A stretch of DNA of 63,276 nucleotides, filler included, from Octopus bimaculoides (lineage: Eukaryota), in assembly GCF_001194135.2 (NCBI RefSeq). It is 7 parts of 6 records of this genome, joined end to end, with 100 filler letters (N's around TTAATTAATTAA, not from the genome) between each part and the next. Parts side by side here need not be neighbours in the genome. Positions count along the whole stretch, not along the records: positions 40,848 to 55,171 come from NC_068984.1; 6 more parts are not named here. The stretch is one strand, 5' to 3'. Numbering within the stretch: the first letter of the stretch is position 1; each line of letters begins with the position of its first letter. The translations under genes and the position numbers were made by a program. This document shows, piece after piece, positions 40,848 through 52,200 of this stretch. Under the pieces are notes generated by a model. That model worked only from the letters and a program-made list of their open reading frames with translations. It was not told the DNA's origin and searched no databases.

Positions 40848-41522
40848 TACAACGCATATGAAGCGCGAATGCGCAAAACATGAGGGTTTTTTAAAACAAA
40901 GTAAATAATTTTTTTTAAACAAAGTAAATAATTTTTTGTTGTTGAATCCTCCCCATCTTACTCTTAAAACGTCGTTTTACGTTCTTCCAGAGTGTATTTT
41001 GGTGTCACATCTATTTCAGTAATCCCATTGTAAGCACTCCAACAATCAAAATATATAGTCGTCCCTGGTTTGATAAATTTTTTAATAAGTGGTAGAAGAG
41101 TTTCAGAAGAACGGTCAGCTACAAAGACTAAAAACCTATTTTTATCCTCTCTATCCCATCCTCCGTTGTATTTGCGCTTGCACATCATAGATTCATCTAT
41201 TTCTACGATGTCCATAAGTCCACCAATTTGGTAAGGGTTACGCAAAAGATAATTACTTGTAACGTCCCTCATGTACTGATAGCATTGAACAACAGTAGAT
41301 TTTGAAAGACCGACTTTTTAATGGACTGTTTACCAAAAACAGGTAGTGTATAATTTATTTATTTTGTGTAAAAAAATTATTTACTTTGTTTAGAAAAAAC
41401 CCTCATACATGTTTTGCGCATGACACGCACTCGCGCTAGGTGGTCATAGGATCGACTAGTCACGACTCGCTAGTGCGGATGCGCGAGTGCGCGCACTGGG
41501 AACACTCTTCTTGAATAGTACC
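40848..41522 (-). mobile_element. Merlin (IS1016/ISXO2-like) DNA transposon remnant with inverted arms
   Basis: VEIDES..KRKYN, DRSSETLLPLIKKFIKPGTTIYFDCWSAY (40964-41272). Inverted ~50-bp blocks lie at about 40869-40915 and 41370-41420. The right end reads GAATAGTACC. The left end is in a gap. Confidence 0.8.
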
Positions 41523-41589
41523 CCTTTTCGGTAAAAAAAAAAAAGAAATAAAATAAAATGTAAATATTTTCAGAGGAAAAATTGTACGA

Positions 41590-42010
41590 TTCAAGTGAGA
41601 TTTGACTATTGTTTTTAGCACACCCCAAACCACCCTCCGTTTTCACTCTCACGTGTATTGGTGTTTTGTTTAGTATTTTTCTCCCATTAAACACATTTTA
41701 TGGGGTAAAGTTTTACCGGGTTAGTTGGTAAAACTTTACCCAAATTTCTTTATAATCGTAATTTATGTCGTTTGAAAGGTATTTGTAAAAGATTTCATCA
41801 AAGTCGATCCATTTTCCTAAAAGTTATGAGGGGAAAAATCGGATCGTGTGAATTTTCTGAAACTCTTCTCCCCAACCTTCAGAAAACTTTTTTCCCATAA
41901 ATCCCTATATATTCTGATTCCACAGTATCTAAGTGGTATTTGTTGAAAATTTCATTAAAAAGTATCCATTTTTCTCAAAGTTATGAGGTAACAAAATCGG
42001 CGGGGAAAAC
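41590..42010. repeat. Non-coding repeat with a 15-bp hairpin and two internal ~50-bp repeats
   Basis: GGGTAAAGTTTTACC / GGTAAAACTTTACCC at 41703-17 and 41727-41. Units with tccatttt..aaagttatgagg..aaaatcgg lie at about 41794 and 41951. Confidence 0.55.
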
Positions 42011-42181
42011 ATCTGTAGTTATGCCATGAAGCTATGCCGTATTATGATATACTCAAGGTATATTCCGATTGTTGTAGATGTAAAATATTTTGTTTTATTC
42101 GGTGGCATAAAACTATACTTTTACAAAAGTTTACATGTGGTTGAATTGTGCGCTATTTACTGTAGCTAACTTTTTTCTTAG

Positions 42182-42270
42182 GATTCACTCAAGACGTGTA
42201 CGACGAGAGGAATCAAAAACGAATTAAAAGACTTGAAAATCCAACATCACTGTTAAAAATAAATCTCTGA
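42182..42270 (+). CDS. Candidate terminal exon (possibly of the WSC gene)
   Basis: Strong acceptor with branch point: gctaacttttttcttag|GA. Phase 1 reading gives FTQDVYDERNQKRIKRLENPTSLLKINL*. The link to the WSC gene is inferred from phase only. Confidence 0.3.
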
Positions 42271-43764
42271 CAAGTAGTATATTACTAAAACCCTGTAAAT
42301 TATGGGATTGTTTTCGTCAAGCAATACACAGATAAAATGAGACTAAACAGTAATGCTTACCTACTGTTGCAGATATCCAGAAACGACGTACCTGCTGAAG
42401 AGGAAATGATGTCAATAAATTGTAGTACCGCACTCACAACGGTAACTTTCAGAATTTCCGCAATTTCGCGCTATTTGCAAGTGTGATGAAATCATTCTAG
42501 TATATAATTATATTAAGACGAAGTCAATGGGAAAAATAGGTGTGCTGGATCAGTGTGGGTCGTATTTATGTATGTACGTATACATGACAACACACCCTTT
42601 CTCCCACCCCACCCAACCACAAACACGTTTGTTTCATTTACACGTACATACATCTTTCACTTTCTCTTCTCTTTCACTTTAAAACAAAAGTAAATAAAAA
42701 AAACTTTTACGGAAATTAGCGAACAACAATGACAAGCCAAAACGAAAGATGGCCAAATTTGACAGGATGGTCATAGTTAGAATGTCTTTAATTATATGTT
42801 TGCTCAATAAGGACTATATGAAGCTAAATAACTGTGTTATAGCTTCGCTTAAACAGAAGCTGGTTGGGCTATCTTGAAACCAAGAGAGAACTAGTGATTA
42901 CTATATAGGTGGAAAATGTATAGAAATATGGAAGGTGTGGCGTTCATGCCTTTTCCGATCGCATCAACATTGTAAACGAAACATCAAAACTTTCGTCCGT
43001 TGTTATCACATAAAATAACCAGTGAAGTACTGAGTTGATTTATACCTCTATAATGCAAACTGATGGAATTATAGAAGACTAAAAAGATATTCCCTCTAAC
43101 TTTGGCTTTACGTTGCTACTTGCGCTTTCGTCAACCAGCAGCCAGTTGGATGGCTGACGGATTGTATTTTTTAAGGGTGGGCTATTAATTTAGCTAGTAA
43201 TAAGAACGAAGCTGTTGTTAGCATTTTTTTTTAACTAGCTGGCGGAAGATTTGCCTGGGGTCAAACTAGTAGTAACATGGAACAGTCACTTTGATGTAGC
43301 GATTAACTTTACTGGTTAGTATAGTTACTACGCTGATCTCAAGATTTTACAACTAGCTACTTTGCTTGTTGCAAATCAGTGACCGATGGTTCCTTTGTTT
43401 ACAATATATTGCTGGCTGGAGCGGACTCTGGCTATCTCACTGGCGACTAGGTGCTCGCGACTGAGAGGAGCCAACTAGCTCGAAGCAGTCAATCTCGCAA
43501 TTGAAGATGAGCTAACCAGCCCAAAACTGAGTTAGTCTCGCAATCCTGTTGTCTACCAGAGGATGGTAGGGGTTCACTCCCCTGCTAGCAATATATATGT
43601 ATGTACAGGGTACAGTGCTGCACCAATAACCAGCAGGTGGAAGACCTGCCGGGGGTTAAAATAGTAGTAACACTTTGATGTGACGATTAACTTTACTGGT
43701 TAGTATAGTTTACTGTTCTGATCTCTTTTTGAGATTTTACAACTAGCTACTTTGCTTATGTAAG

Positions 43765-43802
<38 letters not shown>

Positions 43803-43812
43803 NNNNNNNNNN

Positions 43813-43845
<33 letters not shown>

Positions 43846-43949
43846 GTGTGTGTGTGTGTGTGCTCACACAGACATGACAGAAGTAAATAGACACCTTTAT
43901 GACTTAAAATATATTTAAATCTGAAATTTTACTTTCAAATTATTTATTA

Positions 43950-44570
43950 ATTATTATAATGTGAATATCTATTATTTAGTAGACATGCCCTTTGCATTTT
44001 TGAATGCAAGGACCCCATTAGGCATGCTACTGGTCAGATGATGAATATTCTCTTGAGAAATTTCTTGCAAAGTTTCATGCAGTAATTTCAAAAGATCTGG
44101 CTTTGAGGATGCTTTCTTGCTCTTTTTACCTGATGACTGGCTTGGCCATGGAAGATTTGTAATGCCATTCTCTTCCAACCAATCTTGGGTCTTCTTAGCC
44201 ATGTGACAAGGAGCCCCATCTTCCATAAATAGTCTTCTTTAATCATTTTCCCACTCAAGAAGATTAGGAGTCCTTTCTGCAATATGGACACATATTTATC
44301 TGAGTATATGCTTCCCTCACGCTCCACCAGCTCTGATTGATCATTGCTCCAAATTGTTCCCCATACCATCACAAAATAACTGCCATGTTTCATTGTTGGC
44401 TGCAATCTTCTCATGTCAAATTCTTGATCACAGAGTCTCCAGACCCACATTCGAACACTGTCAGAAAATACAGCAAATCTGGACTCATCAAAGAATATGA
44501 CAGTGCTAGGGGTCTCTCCACCATCTCGCTGGCCCAATCTTTTCTCTGCTTGATATTGACTGGTTGAAGA
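43950..44570 (-). mobile_element. Tc1-like transposase remnant
   Basis: VIFFDESRF, PTMKHG..VMVWGTI and frameshifted EDGAPCH..WL..LPWPSQS. No clear TIRs. Confidence 0.85.
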
Positions 44571-44595
44571 AGTTCTCTTAACTACTACACCATAT

Positions 44596-44835
44596 GCCCG
44601 TGGGCATAGTGGTTAAGAGTGCGGGCTACTAACCCCAAGATTCCGAGTTCGATTCCAAGCAGTGACCTGAATAATAATAATACTAATAATAACATAAAAA
44701 AATACCTTAGGAATGAGAACCCAGGTTCAAAATTTCCCCAAGACACCTGATGAAGGCTGGAGGGTATATCAGCTGAAACATTGTGTAAACAACAAACAAG
44801 ATGAGGACAAATATCCGTCAAATGTAAATAATGTT
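44596..44835 (+). mobile_element. tRNA-derived SINE with Penelope-like 3' part carrying a hammerhead-like motif
   Basis: A box tgggcatagtgg and B box gttcgattcc, then an AAT-rich linker, then ACAC-CTGATGA-A-GGCTG-loop-CAGCT-GAAAC-ATT-GTGT (44743-44786). Confidence 0.65.
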
Positions 44836-46059
44836 CTTATAAAAGGTTTAATATAATAAAGAAATGAATAACTCATTGTTGTGATGTAAAGAATCTAAGT
44901 TTTTATTTATCATAACATAGAATTCCTATCTTTATTTTTTATTCTTTAGCTATCCAGTGACATCACCAATAATTGTGTAAAACAATAACCTTTTTTTAGG
45001 TTATTTTCCTATGTAGATTTCTAACTGCCATAAGGCAGAATTCTTGTTTGTTTGTTTTTTAATTTTTTTATTTCATCATCCATTGGTGTCACCAATAGTT
45101 GAATTATTTTTCTTAAATACATTTAAAAAATTTTTTATTTCTATAAAGCATTTTCATTATCCAATGATGTCACCATTAGTTGAATGAAGGAATGTCTTAA
45201 GTTGAATTTGATTTAAATGTTTTTTTTTTGTTAGCGTATACAAAAACTGGTAATTTTTCAGTTGTTCAATTGGAATTTCACTAATTTTGGATTGCCTCAA
45301 TAGATTTACACTGCAGCAGATTGAGTCCTAACACGGTATTATTTTTAATGGAAATATTAATACTAATAATAATTATAAATAATAATTAGAGAAAGTGTAT
45401 TTAGCTTTATGAAGGCAGAACACATCTTTTTCTTTTTTACTGTTAAGTAGAGGAAGGTTGGCCTTCGACACAAAGAAAATTTCACTTATACATAAATAAC
45501 ATTTCTTATTTCTTAAATTATATGCAGGAGCCGAGACCAGAATTTTCCAATCGAGGCCATAACTAATTATCTTATCCTTAAGTTCTCATATATTTTTACT
45601 TAAACCAGTGGAATTGCTCTTATTTCTGTTCCTAAAAGTATACAAATAGTAAGTCAATCTGCATTTCATAGGGTTTACCTGATTAAGTAATTACTATACA
45701 TTGGTAAACTACCTCTTTTTTATTACAAGTGTTATAAAAAGCACAATTATTACTATTTCTACAATCACAAAGTCTATACTGTTGTGTGCGGTTTACACTG
45801 GTTTAGTTAATGTGCATAGTGGAGGTAGTATATGGTGAAGTATAGTTGTTATTGTTATTTCTGATGTTATTATTAGTGTTAATACTACTGTTATTATTAT
45901 TAATATTATTTTTTCTATTGGAGTAAAAAGTGTCAAGTTTTTTTTATTATTCATAGAAGAAATGATTGTAGCTAGGTTATGCATCAGGCTATAACCAATT
46001 CTTATTGTTTAACTATTAATAAATTCACGGTATTTATTATTTCCTTTGATAAAGTGTTT

Positions 46060-46760
46060 GTTAATTAGTTTAAATATGGAGGAGAAAGAAAAAGAGGATA
46101 AGGTAAAGAGTGAGACAAAAAGAAGGAGAGAGAAGCGTCCATGATGTAAGGTAGGGGGAACATAAAATTTATTACGTGGTTAAAAAAGTTAGTTGAAGGT
46201 AGAGGAGAGCTAAAAATATAATTTTAGCAGAGGGGTGATTTTCTGATGGTGAGGTTTAAAAAACACGTAGGGAGAGAGAGAGAGAGATGATGGTGATGGT
46301 GGTGATTGGATAGTGAAAAGTGTATTGTTTTTTTAAAATTGAACTAAGATTTTTTTTATATCCCCTATCACTTAATGCATGTGCATGTCTGCAATTCCGT
46401 GAAATATTCATGCTTATTTACGTGGCAGATATATGCAATTTAGCTAAAGGTTGTATGATATGTTTTTTTTTTTTTGTTGATAGAAAAAATGGAAAAATAA
46501 CAGTGAATATTCATTTTGTGAGTGCTGAGTATTAAGTCTTTAAAATTGTGTATAATAGTGTATAAAACGTGTATATATAAAGTGCATTTAGTAATCATCA
46601 TATTCTAATTTCTTTCACTTTTCAGTGAGTAGCAGATGAGTGACTATCTTTCCATAAAGATACAACACAGGATGCACTTCCACGTTTTTTGGATAATCTT
46701 TTCAAAAATAACCCAATAGGTTTACCATTAATTCCATGAAATATTCATAGGTCCTGCTAG
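46060..46760 (+). mobile_element. Non-autonomous Helitron-like element
   Basis: About 200 bp homologous to 31268-31479. Hairpin ccatgaa-ata-ttcatagg followed by terminal CTAG|T. Confidence 0.6.
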
Positions 46761-48251
46761 TAACCATAATTTGTAGTTAGAGCTGGTGCAAGGAAATATG
46801 GGGTCCAATACAGAAGTCTACAAAAACTGAAGATTAATGTTTTATACTCTGTGTAGTACAGCAATTCCAGCCAAAAAGCATTGCGGGCTTGAGGCTTCAT
46901 TAGCCATGATGATATACTAATAATTGAAAGCTCATATGAAAGTTTTAAGTTGGGCATGTACATGGGGGCCCTCCCTTCACACAAGACCCTCTCTTACCGC
47001 GGGAGCCTTCTCTTGGTGCAGGGCCCAATTTAAACAAATCTAATTGGCTTAAAACTGAGCCTGTTTGTGGTTGAGGACAAGTTAGTTGGCATCATAAAGC
47101 ATAGTTGGTAGTGGGAAGGATAAGAATCGCTTCATGGTAGAAAACTCTGATAGAAATAGATAAGAGTTGCTGCCCTTACTTTCATTGGAAATTTTGGGCA
47201 TAGGTCATTGCTATGTTGCTATATCTATGATTCCAGGACTTTGCCATTCACTATCAATCTAGACTATTTCATTTGAATGTGCTTAATATTTAAATGCAAT
47301 AACAAATGATGCAATAGACAGGATTCATGAAAAGCATTGTGACTTACGTATGGTCTAAAACTGAAATCAAAATATTAAGCAGTGAAGATATGAATTATCT
47401 ATTGATGCAACATATATGTATGAGTATATATATATAATATACGAAGGAGATGACAAAGGACGAAGATATCTGGTGAATTACTGTACTCAAGAAGACCCGT
47501 CAACTACAGCAGAATTGATACCAATGTTAGTGTCACATTAAAACCACTGTTGCTAGTGCCACGTTAAAAGCACCCAGTACACTCTGTGAAGTGGTTGGCA
47601 TTAGGAAGGACATCCAGCTTTAGAAACCATGCCAGAACAGACAATGGAGCCTGGTGTAGCCTCTGGTCTTACCAGCTCCAGTCAAACTGTCCAACCCATG
47701 CCAGCATGGAAAATGGACGTTAAATGATGACGACAATGACAACAATGACGACGATGATGATGATGATGATCTATGAGTATATATTTGTTATATCAAATGT
47801 TTGTTATATTTCATAGGTTTTCTCCCATTGGAGGTTCTATCAATGAATCTCTGACTAAATATAACATAATTTTGCTCATAATAGTTGATTTGAATTAATT
47901 GGAAAATGAAATGACATTGGTATCCATGAATAAAATGTAAAAAGCCCACTCTTAAGTGGTGTGCATCCGTGTGCAAACTGAACAGTAAAAATTTAGTATA
48001 GCCTTATTTTAAGCACACCATCATTATCAACCAGCAATGTTAACTTTACAAGAAACCTGTAAAGTTCAAATGTTCCTTTAGGATTTCCTTTTTATTTTAG
48101 CTGTTGTCTTTTCTATTATCATTTATCATGCATGTGTGCCTTTGTGTTGACAACATACAGACACACAAACATATACATATGTATATATATATATATATGA
48201 TAGGCTTCTTTCAGTTTCTGTCAGTGGTTGTTGGAGACACACACACACACA

Positions 48252-49276
48252 CGAGGAGGTATCCAAAAGAAGCTAGAGTTTTTGTGATGGCTGAAATGAA
48301 GGAACAGCATGCTTTTGTGAAATTCTGTTTTCTGCTAGAGAAAATGGTGACCGAAACAGTTGTCATGCTTCAAACAGCTTAAAAGGATACGGCCATGAGC
48401 AAAACATAAGTTTATGAATGGTTTTCACTCTTTAGGAATGGTCACTTTTACATGTTTACACTTTTATCGCCTTCAAAGTATTCTCCATTTGAAGCAAAGC
48501 ATCAGTTCAAATGCATTTTCCACTGTTTGAAGCAGTGGTAGAACTCTTGCAAAGTGATATCTTTTAACACTTCCATTGTTATTTTCTTCACCTCTTCTAC
48601 ATCTGCATATTCTGTAATATCAGCTTTTGTCACCAGTGATGACCTTCAGAAAATGGTCTGGAACAACTCGCAACTGTTCTTTCAGTTCATGACACGCATT
48701 CAGTCATGATCGCTTTTGATCTTCCATGAGCAAACAAGGTACAATTTTTGTTGCAACTCTTTTCATTTGCCATTCTTTGCTTAAAATTAGATGGCAGGTG
48801 TTCCAGGACACATTAGTCATATCAACAAGTTCGTCAATTGTTTGGTGAGTCTTCCAAGATCAATTCATGAATTTTCATTCGTTTGGGAGGTTGATGGATG
48901 CCCTGAACGAGGTTGGTCTTCAAGTGACCTGCGACCATTCCTAAAGAGTGAAAACCATTCGTAAACTTGTGTTTTGCTCATGGCAGCGGCCTGTGTAGCT
49001 GCTTGAAGCATGACAACTGTTTCGGTCACCATTTTCTCTAGCAGAAAACAGAATTTCACAAAAGCATGCTGTTCCTTCATTTCAGCCATCGCAAAAATCA
49101 ATGAATAAGGGAAAAGTACTGCAAAACAAAGACACACCTGTGGTAGTATGAATTAACTTGAAAATGCCAGTCGGCAGACTGAGGCCTGAAGGTTGCATCA
49201 AGTGACTGTTAGTGGCAGAACTACAATGGGCTTGTCTTACATAGAACGTTTCTGGTTGCTTTTGGGTACCTCCTTG
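48252..49276 (-). mobile_element. Mariner (Mos1/SETMAR-like) element, deleted and rearranged
   Basis: Ends cgaggaggtatccaaaa / tttgggtacctccttg|TA. The minus strand reads MAEMKEQHAFVKFCF..MSKTQVYEWFSLFRNG..EDQPRSGHPSTS, a VITGD region and the C-terminus CFASNGEYFEG. A second, plus-strand copy of the 5' coding end lies at 48287-48445. Confidence 0.85.
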
Positions 49277-52200
49277 TATATATACATATATACGACTGGC
49301 TTCTTTCAGTTTCTGTCTATCAAATCCACTCACAAGGCTTTGGTTGGCCCAAGACTATAGTAGAAAACAATTGCCCAAGGTGCCATGCAGAGGGACTGAA
49401 CCCGGAACCATGTGGCTGGGAAGCAAACTTCTTACTACACAGCCACACCTTCTTCTATATTATTCACAAATAAATTCAATGTATAAAATTTTCTGAACAA
49501 ATTGTTTATAGGCAACAAATCATTAATTTTAATAGTTAAATAGTCAGGCAGCAAGCTGACAAAATCATTAACTTGCTGGACAAAATGCTTAATGGCATTT
49601 CATCCATTTTTATGTTCTGAGATCAAATTCTGTCAAGGTTGATTCTGCTTTTCATCCTTTTGGAGTCAATAATATAAGTACCAGTTAAACACTGGAGTTG
49701 ACTAGCCCCTTCCCACCAAATTTCAGGCCTTCTGCCTGTAGTAGAAAGCAATATAGTTAAATAGTATTTTGTATTCTAAAAGCATTTTTTAATAAAATAA
49801 TGAAATTAAAAGTAGTTACTTTTAATAAGACCATGTGGAGGAGGTGCCCGAGGTCTCTACCCTGTGACCCTTCCAGGAATAATGAATAGAGAAGATTGAT
49901 GGCTGGATGGAAGTATAGTTATAGTTGCCATAATCTATGACAGTTTCTTTGAACAGGGGCAGGGTACAAATGCATAATATCACACTCAACTATAATTTTG
50001 TGAAAGACTACAGGTGAAGGAACTAAAAAGTTTTGTCCTTATTTTTCTTCCCTAGCCATTATAAAGGTAAAACTGATCATTTTGTGCTTTAGTTTCAATG
50101 CTTCTATTTTAAAATTAACAACACTTAAAAAGAGTAAAGAAACTATGTTATGTCTAGGAGACATACAGTGTTGGAGCACCTATCTACCGAAAGTACTTAT
50201 GTTAACATTTCTGGCTTATCCTCAATGGGCACAAATGATTCATTATCATCATTCAATGTCTGTTTTCCATGGTGGCATGGGTTAGATGGTTTGACCCAAA
50301 CTGGTAAGCTGGAGAGCTGCATCAGGCTCCAGTCGTCTGCTTTAGCATGGTTTCTATGGCTGGATGTCCTTCCTAACACCAACCACTCCACAAAGTATAC
50401 TGGATGTTGTTTTTCGTGGCACGGATGCCTTCTACATGTCACCAGCACAGGTGTCTTCCATGTGTCAATGGCACAAGTGCCTTCTGTGTGTCTAAGGTGC
50501 AAGTGCCTTTTGCATGTCACCAGCATGAGAGCTTCATGTGTGTCACCAGTATGAGTACCTTTCACATGTCACTGGCATGAGTTCCTTTTACCTGTCACCA
50601 GCACAGATGCCTTCTACATGTCACCAGCACAGGTGCCTTTTACATATCACTGGCATGGGCCATAACATAGAATTAAAAAAAGGGTGGGGAGGCGCTGGAC
50701 AAATACTTATTTATTTCTAAAATTAGTTTGTTCTCCTGGTACTGTATCTGATATACCAAGGACTTTTTTTTTTCTCGTTTTTTTTTTAGACTGTAAATAA
50801 TTTTAGGACCTAAATTTATCAGAGAATGGCTGTGCAGCTATCTATTAGCAACATCTAGGAGTGACATACTTCCATCAGTGTGATATTAAAAGGAATGTGG
50901 TGTACCTTACACTTGTCGAGGAACTTTGCCTGTCCAGATTTCCTTATGTCAAAGGTAAAGCAAGGCTAGTATGTCAGAGAGACAACAAGGTGCAGAGTAC
51001 ACACAAACATATACATATTAAATGACATAGGCATGGAATACTTACTTTCAGGACTCTTGGGATTTTCAACAGCAATTCAGTACTTGCTACTATCTATCAG
51101 CTGTTGCAAGTTTAATACATATCTAATGCAGGAGTAAATATCATCAGTGTAAGCTGAAGCCATAGACACACATACACACGATTTATAATGAGCAATACCT
51201 CATCAGGTCTTAAAATGAAAAAAAATTTCTAATGAATGCATTGTCTACATTATTGAAAATAATTACTTCTCAAGAAAGTCTTTCTAAAAAGAAGACCTAA
51301 AAGACAATACCCATAGTTATCAATAGCTTATATTTGTTTCCAGCTGCAACCAGACCATCAAAAATGAAAAAAAAAACCATCAGAATCTCTCTTCAAATAC
51401 AGCCTAGCATTTTCTCCCTGGCAAAATATCTTCCCACTAAATACTGTATGTTGTTTCTGATAGTTGTCAATACCCCATGCATTAATATAGCCATGTCATC
51501 AAATGTTCATGTGCTTGTCCACACGTATATTCAAGTGTTTTGGTTAAATATGCATAAACAATTAATTGCATATCACCCAAAATTTATACAAAAAATATAT
51601 AAAAAAACTAATGAAGAAAATATTCAAGTATATGTCAATTTATTCCAACAATAGAACAAAAAGATAGCTTTATTACAGGGTAATAAAAAATTTCAACACA
51701 AAATATTTCTTCTTCAATATGAGTCATTATGTAATAAAAATTCAATGTATCAAAGGAGACGTGATGTTTTTGTTCCTTAGTTATGCCGCTTTCTGTGAAG
51801 AAATAACAGAATAATTTCCTTTTAATATTGATCAATAACTTTTAAAATACATATTGTAAAGTAAAAAGAATTAATGACAATACTTAGCATGTTAAAGGAT
51901 TGATCAAAATAATCTAAGATTAATGGAATTTTATGCATATGACATGTTAAAACAATAGAGACAACAATAACTTTAAATCAAACAGCAAAATCCTGAAGTT
52001 TATTAAAACTAAGAGTCACTTTTTGACACCCAGCTTAATGAAAGAAACAGTGAAACAAAACCAAACTTGTATTTTGGTACATTGCTGCTAGATTTATTTG
52101 CTTTAAGAAATTAATTTAAAATGTTACATCTATTCTGACAAAATACTTTCAACAAAACACAGTCGCCATAATAAAACATCCATATCAAATTATGATCCTA

